A DNA stretch of 64,000 bases, taken from an uncultured Muribaculaceae bacterium (GTDB lineage: Bacteria > Bacillota_I > Bacilli_A > RF39 > UBA660). Below are positions 50,280 through 59,641 of this stretch, piece by piece. The position numbers and the translations under genes were made by a program. The notes beneath the pieces are model-generated. The model worked only from the letters and a program-made list of their open reading frames with translations. It had not been told where the DNA came from and searched no databases. Location: NCBI GenBank assembly GCA_964555585.1, contig CAZKSN010000002.1, positions 1,293 to 65,292 of the forward strand, in the 5' to 3' direction. Each line of letters opens with the position of its first letter. The first letter of the stretch is position 1.

Positions 50280-51014
50280 TTAATTACTAACTTTAATTTC
50301 TTTTAAAAATTTTTTACTTTTAATATATATACCTGTAAAGTGTTCATAATAATTTGTTAAAAATTTATCTATTTCATTTACAACTATGTCACTTATTTCT
50401 AATTTAGATATTTTACTAATATCAACATAATAATACATTCTTAACATTTTTAATATCTTTTCATCTAATATGGGTTCATTATCTCTACATTTTGCACATA
50501 CATAACCACCTTTAAAAAATGATAATGTCACAATACTCTTACTTCCACAAATTACACATTCATCAAGATTAAAATTCACACCTAAATAATCCAGATATTT
50601 TAATTCCAATATATTAGTAATTATTAAGGGATTAAAATCTTCATCTATTTTATTTAATGCACTCATAAATAAATCATATATATCATTTTCTTCACTTTGC
50701 TTATATACATTTTTAGTAAGTTCACTTAAATAAGTCATATAACTCACTTTTAATATATCACTTTTAATATTAAAAAAATAATTTAATATATCTGCTCCAA
50801 TTAATGTAGAAAGTTTATCCTTAGAATAATAAATATGGAAAACCGCATAAGTGAAATTTGCACTTATATTCTTTAATTTACTTTTATTGCCTTTGCATCC
50901 CTTAGAAATAACACCTAATATTCCATATTCTTTAGTAAAAATATTTAAAATTTTACTGTTCTCTTTGTAAGGTATACTGTTTAATATAAATCCCTCTACA
51001 CTAACTATTTTCAT
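50280..51014 (-). CDS. recO: DNA repair protein RecO
   Basis: OB-fold N-terminus and a C-terminal zinc finger CVICG...CAKC. The era-recO synteny is conserved. Confidence 0.85.
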   Translation of the reverse strand: MKIVSVEGFILNSIPYKENSKILNIFTKEYGILGVISKGCKGNKSKLKNISANFTYAVFHIYYSKDKLSTLIGADILNYFFNIKSDILKVSYMTYLSELTKNVYKQSEENDIYDLFMSALNKIDEDFNPLIITNILELKYLDYLGVNFNLDECVICGSKSIVTLSFFKGGYVCAKCRDNEPILDEKILKMLRMYYYVDISKISKLEISDIVVNEIDKFLTNYYEHFTGIYIKSKKFLKEIKVSN

Positions 51015-51156
51015 AATTTAACTACTGTTTTTCTTCATTGCCTTTCTTATATTTTAAATAATACTCTATTTTTCCTGTTTTTGAAAATTCTTTCCAAACA
51101 TCTTTCTTATTCATTTTTATCTCCTCTATAATTATTTTGAGGAAAATAAAACTCTT

Positions 51157-52044
51157 TTATTCAATATTTTCTTTAAAACCCAGTTCTTTTAAATATTTTT
51201 CCTTATCTCTCCATTTTTTAAGAACTCTTACATATAATTCTAAATATATATGCTTTTTTAATATTTTTTCTATATCACATCTGGCATCAATACCTATTTT
51301 TTTTATTTTCAATCCATTCTTGCCTATTATTATTTTTCTAATAGAATCTCTATCCACAATAATATCAATATTTATATGTGTAACATCAGTCTCTTCTTTA
51401 AAATCAGTTAATATACAAGTAATAGAATGAGGAATTTCATCATTAGTTTGTTCAAATATTTTTTCTCTTACTATTTCACAAATTCTGAAATTTAAAGACA
51501 ATGTTGTTTTTTCATTATCTAAGAAATATTTTACATTATCGCTCAAATAGTTCTTTATTACACTTACCAGTCTACATACATTATCATTTTTTAAAGCTGA
51601 AATAGGTACTATTTCAGAAAAATCATATAAGTCTTTATATTCAGTAATCTTTTTTAATATCTCTTCATCAGTCAATTTATCTATCTTGTTTAAGACTAAT
51701 ATTACCGGTTTATTAATCTCAGACAATTTATCAATTACATATAAGTCCCCTTTACCAAGAGCTTCACTGGCATCAACTAAAAAAAGAATTACATCGACAT
51801 CATTTATTGAATAATAAGTCTGACTGTTAAGTAAATTCCCCAATTTATTTTTGGGTTTATGTATTCCAGGAGTATCAATAAAAACTATCTGAGTCTCTTC
51901 ATCATTATATATTCCCTGAATTAAATTTCTTGTTGTCTGAGGCTTGTCCGAAATTATAGATATTTTTTCATCAACAAGTGAATTTATAAGTGTGCTTTTT
52001 CCGACATTTGGTCTTCCTACTAAGCTTACAAAACCACTTTTCAT
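51157..52044 (-). CDS. era: GTPase Era
   Basis: GRPNVGKST, DTPG and NKID motifs, with a C-terminal KH domain. Confidence 0.9.
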   Translation of the reverse strand: MKSGFVSLVGRPNVGKSTLINSLVDEKISIISDKPQTTRNLIQGIYNDEETQIVFIDTPGIHKPKNKLGNLLNSQTYYSINDVDVILFLVDASEALGKGDLYVIDKLSEINKPVILVLNKIDKLTDEEILKKITEYKDLYDFSEIVPISALKNDNVCRLVSVIKNYLSDNVKYFLDNEKTTLSLNFRICEIVREKIFEQTNDEIPHSITCILTDFKEETDVTHINIDIIVDRDSIRKIIIGKNGLKIKKIGIDARCDIEKILKKHIYLELYVRVLKKWRDKEKYLKELGFKENIE

Positions 52045-52433
52045 ATAATGTCTTCCTTGCTGAATATTGTGTTCATAATCTCTTTATATGTAAGTACCTT
52101 CATATCTCCCTTTATGTTCATTATATTAAATATCACATTTTCATCAAAAAACTCTGTAAAAGCTTGCTTACAAATATGACAAGGAAAAATAATATTTTCA
52201 CTATTATTCATTAGATATAAGGCTCTAAACTTATTTTCTCCATGACTTACCGCATTATTAATGGCATTTCTTTCAGCACATATAGTTCCTCCATAGGAAG
52301 CATTCTCTACATTAACTCCTTCATAGAACTTTCCTGATTTTGTTTCAACTATACAGGCAAAATTCATATTTGAATAAGGTGCATAACTATTTTTTATTAA
52401 TTCTTTTAATTTATCTTTCATCTTTACCTCCAC
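52041..52433 (-). CDS. cdd: Cytidine deaminase
   Basis: CAERNA and PCHIC(K)Q zinc-binding motifs. Confidence 0.9.
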   Translation of the reverse strand: MEVKMKDKLKELIKNSYAPYSNMNFACIVETKSGKFYEGVNVENASYGGTICAERNAINNAVSHGENKFRALYLMNNSENIIFPCHICKQAFTEFFDENVIFNIMNIKGDMKVLTYKEIMNTIFSKEDII

Positions 52434-52873
52434 TACCTTTTAACATCATATTCAGTTAATATCTTTTCCTCTAATTCTCTCATTATCCTCTCAGCTTCTT
52501 CATTCATGTGATCATAACCAAGTAAATGCAGTAATCCATGAACTGTAAGAAAACATATCTCCCTTTTTAATGAATGATTATATTCATCAGATTGTTCAAT
52601 TGCCTTATCAATTGATATATATATTTCACCAAGAAATCTAATATTTTTTTCTTTAATTAAGTTACTTTCTTCAAAAGCAAACGATATAACATCCGTCTCC
52701 TTATCTATTCCTCTGTAATTTTTATTAATGTCTCTTATTTTATCATTATTAACTATTATTATATCAAATATAGGATTTCTAACTTTTAAAAATTTAAAAG
52801 TAATATCGCATATGTTTTTTATGTCAACAGTGTCTATCTCCTTATCACTTATATTCACAATATTATAATCCAT
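52433..52873 (-). CDS. ybeY: rRNA maturation endoribonuclease YbeY
   Basis: HGLLHLLGYDH zinc motif. Confidence 0.9.
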   Translation of the reverse strand: MDYNIVNISDKEIDTVDIKNICDITFKFLKVRNPIFDIIIVNNDKIRDINKNYRGIDKETDVISFAFEESNLIKEKNIRFLGEIYISIDKAIEQSDEYNHSLKREICFLTVHGLLHLLGYDHMNEEAERIMRELEEKILTEYDVKR

Positions 52874-53482
52874 TTAAAAACTCCATTTAAATATTCCTAG
52901 AAAATATAATACTATAAATAATATAAAAAGGAAACAGATAAAGCTATAAAAAGCATCCTTCTGAAAAAGTTTTGGCAAATGATTCTTAATGGCAGATAAG
53001 CCTACATACAGTAAGAATCCTATAATGCCACCTAAAACATTTAATATGATATCATCTATGTCAAAGCATCTGCCAATAAAATACTGTGTACTCTCAATAA
53101 CCAGGCTGGTTAACAATGTAAGAAAAAATATTATTCTCAATTTAGTGATTTTTACATAGTCAGTAACAAAAAAACCAAATGGAATTAATAATAAAATATT
53201 TCCAAGTACTTGATTATAGAAGCCTTTAGAACCTAATTCATATCTTAATATTTCTCTAAATGGAATTAAATTACTGCTGCTGAATTCAATTTCCTTAAAT
53301 GTAACCAGCTGATATAAAAGTAATAAATATGCCAAAAATACCAAAAATAAGATTTCTTTATAAAATATTATTTTTTTACTATTATGTTTCAAATAAGCTA
53401 TTCTTAAAATTACCACTATTGACAAAAAAATCACCAATGTTGGCCAAGAAGTCTCAAATATTGCTAAGACTGTTTCTTTCAC
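52874..53482 (-). CDS. VanZ-like family membrane protein
   Basis: NLIPF...NILLLIPFGF...ESTQYFIGRCFDIDDIILNVLGG pattern. Confidence 0.6.
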   Translation of the reverse strand: MKETVLAIFETSWPTLVIFLSIVVILRIAYLKHNSKKIIFYKEILFLVFLAYLLLLYQLVTFKEIEFSSSNLIPFREILRYELGSKGFYNQVLGNILLLIPFGFFVTDYVKITKLRIIFFLTLLTSLVIESTQYFIGRCFDIDDIILNVLGGIIGFLLYVGLSAIKNHLPKLFQKDAFYSFICFLFILFIVLYFLGIFKWSF

Positions 53483-53484
53483 TG

Positions 53485-54654
53485 CTACTCATTCTCCTTT
53501 TTAATCTCTTCCAAAAGCGAAGTATCTGTTATATTCTCATATACCTTAAAAAACACCTCTATATTTATTTTACTACTATACTCTTCAATTTTCAAAACTT
53601 TTTTATCTAATATATATTCATTGTTATTTAATTTCACTTCCACACTCTTTACACTCCTATTTATTGCTTCTTTCAATGCCTCTTCTTTATTTAAAGTATA
53701 TTCCTTATATTCATATATCTCTTTTTTTTCTTTAATAACCTTAAAAAATAAATATGGCTTGTCTATTAAAACTTCTTTTTCAATATGAGAATATTTTGAA
53801 TTATATTTTCCTATTAAAGTCATTTTCTTACCAAAAATATCTATATATACATGATTAATAATCTCTCCAGATGGAGAATACTCAGTAAATTTATATGGCA
53901 CTGTAGTATTTACGGTATACCATACTTCACCGAATACCTTTCCGGAAGCTTTGACCTGAGAAACCAAAGTCTCCTCATTTCTCATAATGTTTCCACTTAT
54001 TATTACATCGCCTTTTTTAACATATTCATTTATTTCTTTTACAATTTCACCCTTATCAGATTCAATATGCTTAATTACCGCATCCTTTTTAGCAACTATA
54101 TTTTGAGGCTTCATATCTTCAGTATTATCTTCAGGTATAATTCTTGGAGTAAAATTGACAATATACTTTGTACCATGGCTTTCTATTTCAATCCATTCTA
54201 AAATATCTTTATTCTCATTTAATATATTGTTTTTTATTTTATTCAATTCAGAATAACTCTTTTTAAATCTATATTTTTCTATCCCGTTATATTCTAATTC
54301 CCTTAATAGAATTTTTATCATTTTATTATCATTGGAAACAATTTCAATCTCAAAAATAGTATTGGATAACAAAGTCAATAAGATATATCCCCACAATAGA
54401 CAGATTAGTATTATATAATGTTTCTTAATAAACTTGATGATTCCTAATTTACCAAAATACCTTACTACCTTGACATTCTTTTTTCCGAATATAATTCTTA
54501 TTTTTGAAAAATCACTATAATTGACTTTAATTAAAAAAGAATTCTTATCTTCTTTAAATTCATAATAAAGTATTTCTCTATTTAATAGTTTTCTGACAAC
54601 ATTTAATTTATCACTATTTTTTATACGAATTAATACAGTACTTTTATTAATCAA
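53485..54654 (-). CDS. yqfD: Sporulation protein YqfD
   Basis: Positionally conserved downstream of yqfC. Its length and central transmembrane segment fit YqfD. Confidence 0.65.
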   Translation of the reverse strand: MINKSTVLIRIKNSDKLNVVRKLLNREILYYEFKEDKNSFLIKVNYSDFSKIRIIFGKKNVKVVRYFGKLGIIKFIKKHYIILICLLWGYILLTLLSNTIFEIEIVSNDNKMIKILLRELEYNGIEKYRFKKSYSELNKIKNNILNENKDILEWIEIESHGTKYIVNFTPRIIPEDNTEDMKPQNIVAKKDAVIKHIESDKGEIVKEINEYVKKGDVIISGNIMRNEETLVSQVKASGKVFGEVWYTVNTTVPYKFTEYSPSGEIINHVYIDIFGKKMTLIGKYNSKYSHIEKEVLIDKPYLFFKVIKEKKEIYEYKEYTLNKEEALKEAINRSVKSVEVKLNNNEYILDKKVLKIEEYSSKINIEVFFKVYENITDTSLLEEIKKENE

Positions 54655-54883
54655 TTAAATCAACCCTTTTTATATTACCGTTAATAAGTATTTCATTTTT
54701 ATCCAATTTTTTAATTGTTAAACTTTGTCCTTTCACTTCAATTTTCTTATCTTTTACTAATACAGTAATCTTATCAACATTTATATCTATTATTTTTCTG
54801 TAATTAAAAATATGTATTTTTTTTTCAAATACACCTATTAAAAATTCATCGGCTTTTAAAAAGTTAATAAGATTTTCAATCAT
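54647..54883 (-). CDS. yqfC: Sporulation protein YqfC
   Basis: About 80 aa, in the conserved rpsU-yqeY-yqfC-yqfD order. Confidence 0.6.
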   Translation of the reverse strand: MIENLINFLKADEFLIGVFEKKIHIFNYRKIIDINVDKITVLVKDKKIEVKGQSLTIKKLDKNEILINGNIKRVDLID

Positions 54884-54951
54884 ATTAGCACCTAAAAAAG
54901 TATATGAAAAAAAGCATATTAAAAGAAGTAATCACATTACTTCTTTAATAT

Positions 54952-55398
54952 TTAATTTAATTTACTTTGAACAATTTCACTTACTAACTTAAAATCTGCT
55001 TTACCTTTTAATCTATTAGTAACTTCTTTCATAACTTTACCTAAATCGCTTCTTCCATTAGGTTTCACTTCATCAATTATTCTATCAATTTCATTATTTA
55101 TTTCTTCTTCTGTTAATTGAGTTGGAAGATATTTTTCTAATAGATTTATTTCTTTTTCCAGCTTAGAAACTAAATCATTTCTATTAGCACTCTGAAACTG
55201 AATAATTGACTCCTTGTGAGTTTTAATTTGTTTACTTGCCACATCTATTACCACTTCATCTGAAATAGATTCTAATCTATTGTTAATCTTATATAAATCA
55301 ATAGCACTCTTAAGAAGTCTGATTGTTCCCAGACTTTCCTTATCACTATTTTTTAAAGCATTAATCATATCTGATGATACTTTTTCATATAAAGTCAT
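54952..55398 (-). CDS. yqeY: GatB/YqeY domain protein
   Basis: MTLYEKVSSDMINALKNSDK... and a position adjacent to rpsU. Confidence 0.8.
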   Translation of the reverse strand: MTLYEKVSSDMINALKNSDKESLGTIRLLKSAIDLYKINNRLESISDEVVIDVASKQIKTHKESIIQFQSANRNDLVSKLEKEINLLEKYLPTQLTEEEINNEIDRIIDEVKPNGRSDLGKVMKEVTNRLKGKADFKLVSEIVQSKLN

Positions 55399-55412
55399 AT
55401 TTATTCCCCTTT

Positions 55413-55607
55413 TTAGTAATTATTGTTTTTATTATGCTTTCTAGCATTTTTAATGGCATTCTTTTTTGCTTCTCTTCTAATAATTCCTGGTTTAGAGTAT
55501 TCCTTTCTCTTTTTAATTTCAGAAGGGGTACCACTTCTTTGCACTTTAATTTTCCATCTTTTTAAAGCACTTTCAACATTACCATCTTTTACTTCAACGT
55601 GAGTCAT
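55413..55607 (-). CDS. rpsU: 30S ribosomal protein S21
   Basis: ESALKRWK...SGTPSEIKKRKEYSKP...RREAKKNA. Confidence 0.9.
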   Translation of the reverse strand: MTHVEVKDGNVESALKRWKIKVQRSGTPSEIKKRKEYSKPGIIRREAKKNAIKNARKHNKNNNY

Positions 55608-55761
55608 TTTACAACCCTCCCTTCATTTACCAGAAAAATTATACAACATTTTGTAAATAAATTCAAGTAAATTAAAAACTATTAGTCTAAAACCAATAGT
55701 TTATTTAATATTTATTTATTTTAAAACAAAAATTCAACAAATTTCTTGATTTTTAATTTTA

Positions 55762-55989
55762 TTAATCATGTATTTTGTGTAAAGTCCTTACTACTGCATC
55801 AATTTCATATTTTTCTTCAGTATTAAGTTCTGGCCATCTTACCTTTAATTCTTCTATCCCAGCTGCAGTGTTTCTTCCAAGAACATTCATTGATTCTCTG
55901 TTATCAAGAGACACATCGCCATTTATTACACGAACTCCTCCAATGTTAGAAATTAAACTTACAATTATTTTAGTTATTTCTTCTCTCAT
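55762..55989 (-). CDS. Small hypothetical protein
   Basis: ORF only. Confidence 0.35.
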   Translation of the reverse strand: MREEITKIIVSLISNIGGVRVINGDVSLDNRESMNVLGRNTAAGIEELKVRWPELNTEEKYEIDAVVRTLHKIHD

Positions 55990-56124
55990 TAATTTTTCCT
56001 CTCCTTTTCAAATAATGTTGAATATCATATCAATATCTTAATAGGTTGTCAATATTTGAATTTCTATTTTCATTATATAAATAAAAACTATTAGTTTGTT
56101 TATAACTAATAGTTTATTTGATAT

Positions 56125-57003
56125 TTATTTATTTTCTAATTGACTCATTACTTCTTCAGCAAAGTTATCAACTCTTTTTTCTATTCCTTCTCCTACTTCA
56201 TATCTAGTCATAAATTTAGCTTCAGATTTTGATTGTTCTAATACTTTGCTAATAGTCAATGAACCATCTTTAATGTAAGTTTGATCTACTAAACACACAT
56301 CCTGATAATACTTTTCAACCTTTCCTACAAGAATTCTATCAGCCATCTCAGCTGGTTTTCCTTCATTAAGAATTTGTTCCCTTAAAACAGCTTTTTCATG
56401 TTCCAATACATCTGGTTGAACTTCTTCCCTGTTAATGTATTTTGGATTCATAGCTGCGATTTGCATAGCTAAATCTTTAGCAAGTGATTCATTATCTCCA
56501 GTTATTACAATAAGTGAAGCTATTTTTCCACCCATATGCAGATAAGATCCGAATGTCTCATCATCATTTTTAATATATTTTACAAATCTTCTAAAGTCTA
56601 TTTTTTCTCCAATATTTGAAGTTGCTTCAATAACTAAGTCATTTATAGTTTTTCCTTCAACTTTAACTAACAGAGCTTCTTCTTTAGTTGTAGCATCACT
56701 GTTTAATATTGCATTACCTATTTTATCAACTAAATTTATAAAATCTACATTTTTTGCTACAAAGTCTGTTTCTGAATTTACTTCAACAACAACTGCTTTA
56801 TTTCCAGAAACATAGATATTGGTAAGTCCTTCTGCTGCAATACGATCAGCCTTTTTAGCTGCTTTTGAAATACCTTTTTCTCTTAAGTAATCCAAGGCTT
56901 TATCCATGTCTCCAGCACTTTCAACCAAAGCCTTTTTGCAATCCATCATTCCTGCACCAGTCTTGTCTCTCAATTCTTTTACTAAACTTGCATTAATCTC
57001 CAT
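56125..57003 (-). CDS. tsf: Elongation factor Ts
   Basis: MEINASLVKELRDKTGAGMMDCKKAL UBA-like N-terminus. 292 aa. Confidence 0.95.
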   Translation of the reverse strand: MEINASLVKELRDKTGAGMMDCKKALVESAGDMDKALDYLREKGISKAAKKADRIAAEGLTNIYVSGNKAVVVEVNSETDFVAKNVDFINLVDKIGNAILNSDATTKEEALLVKVEGKTINDLVIEATSNIGEKIDFRRFVKYIKNDDETFGSYLHMGGKIASLIVITGDNESLAKDLAMQIAAMNPKYINREEVQPDVLEHEKAVLREQILNEGKPAEMADRILVGKVEKYYQDVCLVDQTYIKDGSLTISKVLEQSKSEAKFMTRYEVGEGIEKRVDNFAEEVMSQLENK

Positions 57004-57013
57004 GATATTCTCC

Positions 57014-57997
57014 TTATTTTAAAGCTTTTAATAACTCATCTTTTTTCATAGTACTGTAACCTTTTATATCTTTTTCTTTTGCTAATTTTTTTAATTCAGT
57101 CACAGTTAATGAAGATAAATCCTGTTTAACTTCTTTCTTAGTTTCCTTTTTAACTTTTACTTCTTTTATTTCTTTTACTTCTTTTACTTCAGTCTTTTTA
57201 ATATTTTCCTTATCAGAAACTTTATCTTCATCTTCTTTAACATTTCTGATTACTACTTCTTCTTTTTTAGGTTTTCTTGAAGAAAATTCGTCTTCAGAAA
57301 CATAATCTACTAAAGGTAATCCATTAGCTTCACATACCGCATTAGCCAATACACCTAAAACCACTTTAACACTTCTAACAGCATCATCATTTCCAGGAAT
57401 TACAAAATCAACATCATCAGGATCACAATTAGTGTCAACTATTCCAAATACAGGAATATTCAATCTTCTTGCTTCCTTAATAGAATTAATTTCAATTCTA
57501 GGATCAACTATTATAATTGCTTTAGGTAATTTTTCCATATCTCTAATACCAGAAAGTAACTTAATTAACTTATCATATTCTTTTTGTATTTTAGCTACTT
57601 CTTTTTTAGGTAAAACTTCAAATGTACCTGCTTCTTTCATTTTTTCTATTGTTGTCAGTCTTTTCACTCTATCTCTAATTGTTTTAAAATTAGTAAGAAT
57701 TCCTCCCAACCAACGTTCTGTTACATAATAGCTGTTGCATCTTTTAGATTCTTCAACACAAGCTTCTTGAGCCTGTTTTTTAGTACCTACGAATAAAACT
57801 TTTCCACCGTTTTCGCAGACTTTAAGAAGTTCGGCGTAAGCTTCTTCTATTTTTTCAACAGTTTTTTGTAAATCTATAATGTATATATCATCTCTTGATG
57901 TAAAAATGTACTCTGCCATTTTTGGGTTCCATCTCTTTGTCTGATGACCAAAATGTACACCCGCTTCTAATAAATAACTTTTAGCAATAACTGCCAT
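57014..57997 (-). CDS. rpsB: 30S ribosomal protein S2 with a long Lys/Glu-rich C-terminal extension ending in a Rho-N/SAP-like motif
   Basis: [34 protein letters not shown] precedes the ATG at 57997. About 90 extra residues sit at the C-terminus, ending [31 protein letters not shown]. Confidence 0.9.
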   Translation of the reverse strand: MAVIAKSYLLEAGVHFGHQTKRWNPKMAEYIFTSRDDIYIIDLQKTVEKIEEAYAELLKVCENGGKVLFVGTKKQAQEACVEESKRCNSYYVTERWLGGILTNFKTIRDRVKRLTTIEKMKEAGTFEVLPKKEVAKIQKEYDKLIKLLSGIRDMEKLPKAIIIVDPRIEINSIKEARRLNIPVFGIVDTNCDPDDVDFVIPGNDDAVRSVKVVLGVLANAVCEANGLPLVDYVSEDEFSSRKPKKEEVVIRNVKEDEDKVSDKENIKKTEVKEVKEIKEVKVKKETKKEVKQDLSSLTVTELKKLAKEKDIKGYSTMKKDELLKALK

Positions 57998-58179
57998 ATA
58001 ATTTCCTCCTTCGTTTTTTTCACCCACTTATCTCTTCTTTATTTTCTCACCTATAAGGCACTAGAGAAAATAAATCAAAAAGTGTGAATATTTCTTAAAG
58101 TCAAATGTATTTTATCATAATATATGCAAAAACACAAATAAAATTTATAAATTTCAAAAAATTCTAATATAGATAAAAT

Positions 58180-58992
58180 TTACTTAATTTTATTTATGAT
58201 ACTTTCTTTTGAATCAAAAGTATAACTATTAACAAAATCTATAAATTCGTAAATATTTAAGTTATTTAAATTATTATCAAAAACACGAAGATTTTTTAAA
58301 TTATCAAATTTCATTCGGTCCATTTTCTCCTCTTTTGTCAATCCTAAATAATCCAACCATAATGGATAAACTTCTAATTTGCTTTTTTCTAAAAGAGAAT
58401 GTCCTTCTTTTATTTTTGATTCATTAGATAATATAGAATATAATTCATAGTCTGAAATTAATTCAATAATTGCATGCTGATTTTCCATTTGTTCATACGT
58501 CATTCCTTCTTTATAAGGTAAAATATTATGCAAAGCCTCATGAACTAAATAAACTATGTTATAGTTTGCATCTTCTTGTCCTATCCGATGTCCCCAATAA
58601 ATTACATCGTTGCCTCTTGAAGTACCAATACAAGTAAAAGGATGCGAAATATAAACTTTTATTTCTCTATCAATGGATATCCTAAGTATATTTTTTAAAA
58701 AGTTATTAACATATTCTTCTTTGCTTTTCCAATACTCTTCAATATTATTGCAATAAACTTCAGTTTCTTTTAAATATTCTTTAAAATAATCAGTTGCCAT
58801 AAAAATCTTAAGAAATTCATTTTTTAAATTATTAATATAATCATACCTTGATAAGCTCATTATTTCTTCATATTCTTTTAAATGATCTTCTTTTAAGTCA
58901 TTTATTATTGAAAGAAGTTTTTCATTAAATTCACACCTAGCAATCAATAAAATTGCAATAAATTTAGGATTGATAATAAATTTTATTTTCAT
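58180..58992 (-). CDS. HExxH-motif hypothetical protein
   Basis: IVYLVHEALHNIL. The local pattern resembles the protein at 43797..44840. Confidence 0.45.
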   Translation of the reverse strand: MKIKFIINPKFIAILLIARCEFNEKLLSIINDLKEDHLKEYEEIMSLSRYDYINNLKNEFLKIFMATDYFKEYLKETEVYCNNIEEYWKSKEEYVNNFLKNILRISIDREIKVYISHPFTCIGTSRGNDVIYWGHRIGQEDANYNIVYLVHEALHNILPYKEGMTYEQMENQHAIIELISDYELYSILSNESKIKEGHSLLEKSKLEVYPLWLDYLGLTKEEKMDRMKFDNLKNLRVFDNNLNNLNIYEFIDFVNSYTFDSKESIINKIK

Positions 58993-59113
58993 TCATAACT
59001 CCATTATCATTATTATAACATAATAAATTTTTTATTTACAAATTATAAAATACTATAAGATTTTAAGTAGATAAAAATTTTTATAAGTAGTATAATTATA
59101 AAAGGTGAAACGC

Positions 59114-59641
59114 ATGAAAAACATTTCTTATAAAAATAGAGGTATGTTTTTAGAAAAGTTAATAAATGATACTAATACATTCTATTTAAGTAAGGATAAG
59201 GCATTAATATTTAAAAAGCCTACTCCAATAAAAGTAATTAATGTTTGTTATCCAAGCAATAAGGCTATTATTGATAAGGCTGTATTTGAAAATATTTCAA
59301 CTTTAGATTATAATGGTATATACAAAGGAAAATATATAGAATTTGATGCTAAGGAATGTAGAAATATTTCGTCATTTCCATTATCAAATATTAAAAAACA
59401 TCAATTGGAGCATATAAAAAATGCTATTAAACATGGTGGAATTATTTTCCTTATTATATATATAAATAAAAATTTTTATTTATTAAAGGGAGAAACCTTA
59501 CTGGAATTTATAAAAATAAATGAAAGAAAATCTATTCCAATTTCATACATTAAGGAATATGCATATAAAATAAATGAAGGATATATCCCAAGTATTGATT
59601 ATTTAAAAGTGATAGATTCTGTATATATGGAGGAAAAATGA
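59114..59641 (+). CDS. recU: Holliday junction resolvase RecU
   Basis: YKNRGMFLEKLINDTNTFY aligns to the B. subtilis RecU N-region. It has a DAKE-type active-site region and is in recU-ponA synteny. Confidence 0.8.
   Translation: MKNISYKNRGMFLEKLINDTNTFYLSKDKALIFKKPTPIKVINVCYPSNKAIIDKAVFENISTLDYNGIYKGKYIEFDAKECRNISSFPLSNIKKHQLEHIKNAIKHGGIIFLIIYINKNFYLLKGETLLEFIKINERKSIPISYIKEYAYKINEGYIPSIDYLKVIDSVYMEEK

Noticed and set aside
48180-51430. Antisense short ORFs at 48180, 49632, 50025 and 51137
   Set aside because: They sit inside well-supported epimerase, murG and era genes.
51990-57728. Antisense short ORFs at 51990, 53329, 53851, 55374, 55775 and 57432
   Set aside because: Shadow frames within or overlapping cdd, vanZ-like, yqfD, yqeY/rpsU and rpsB.
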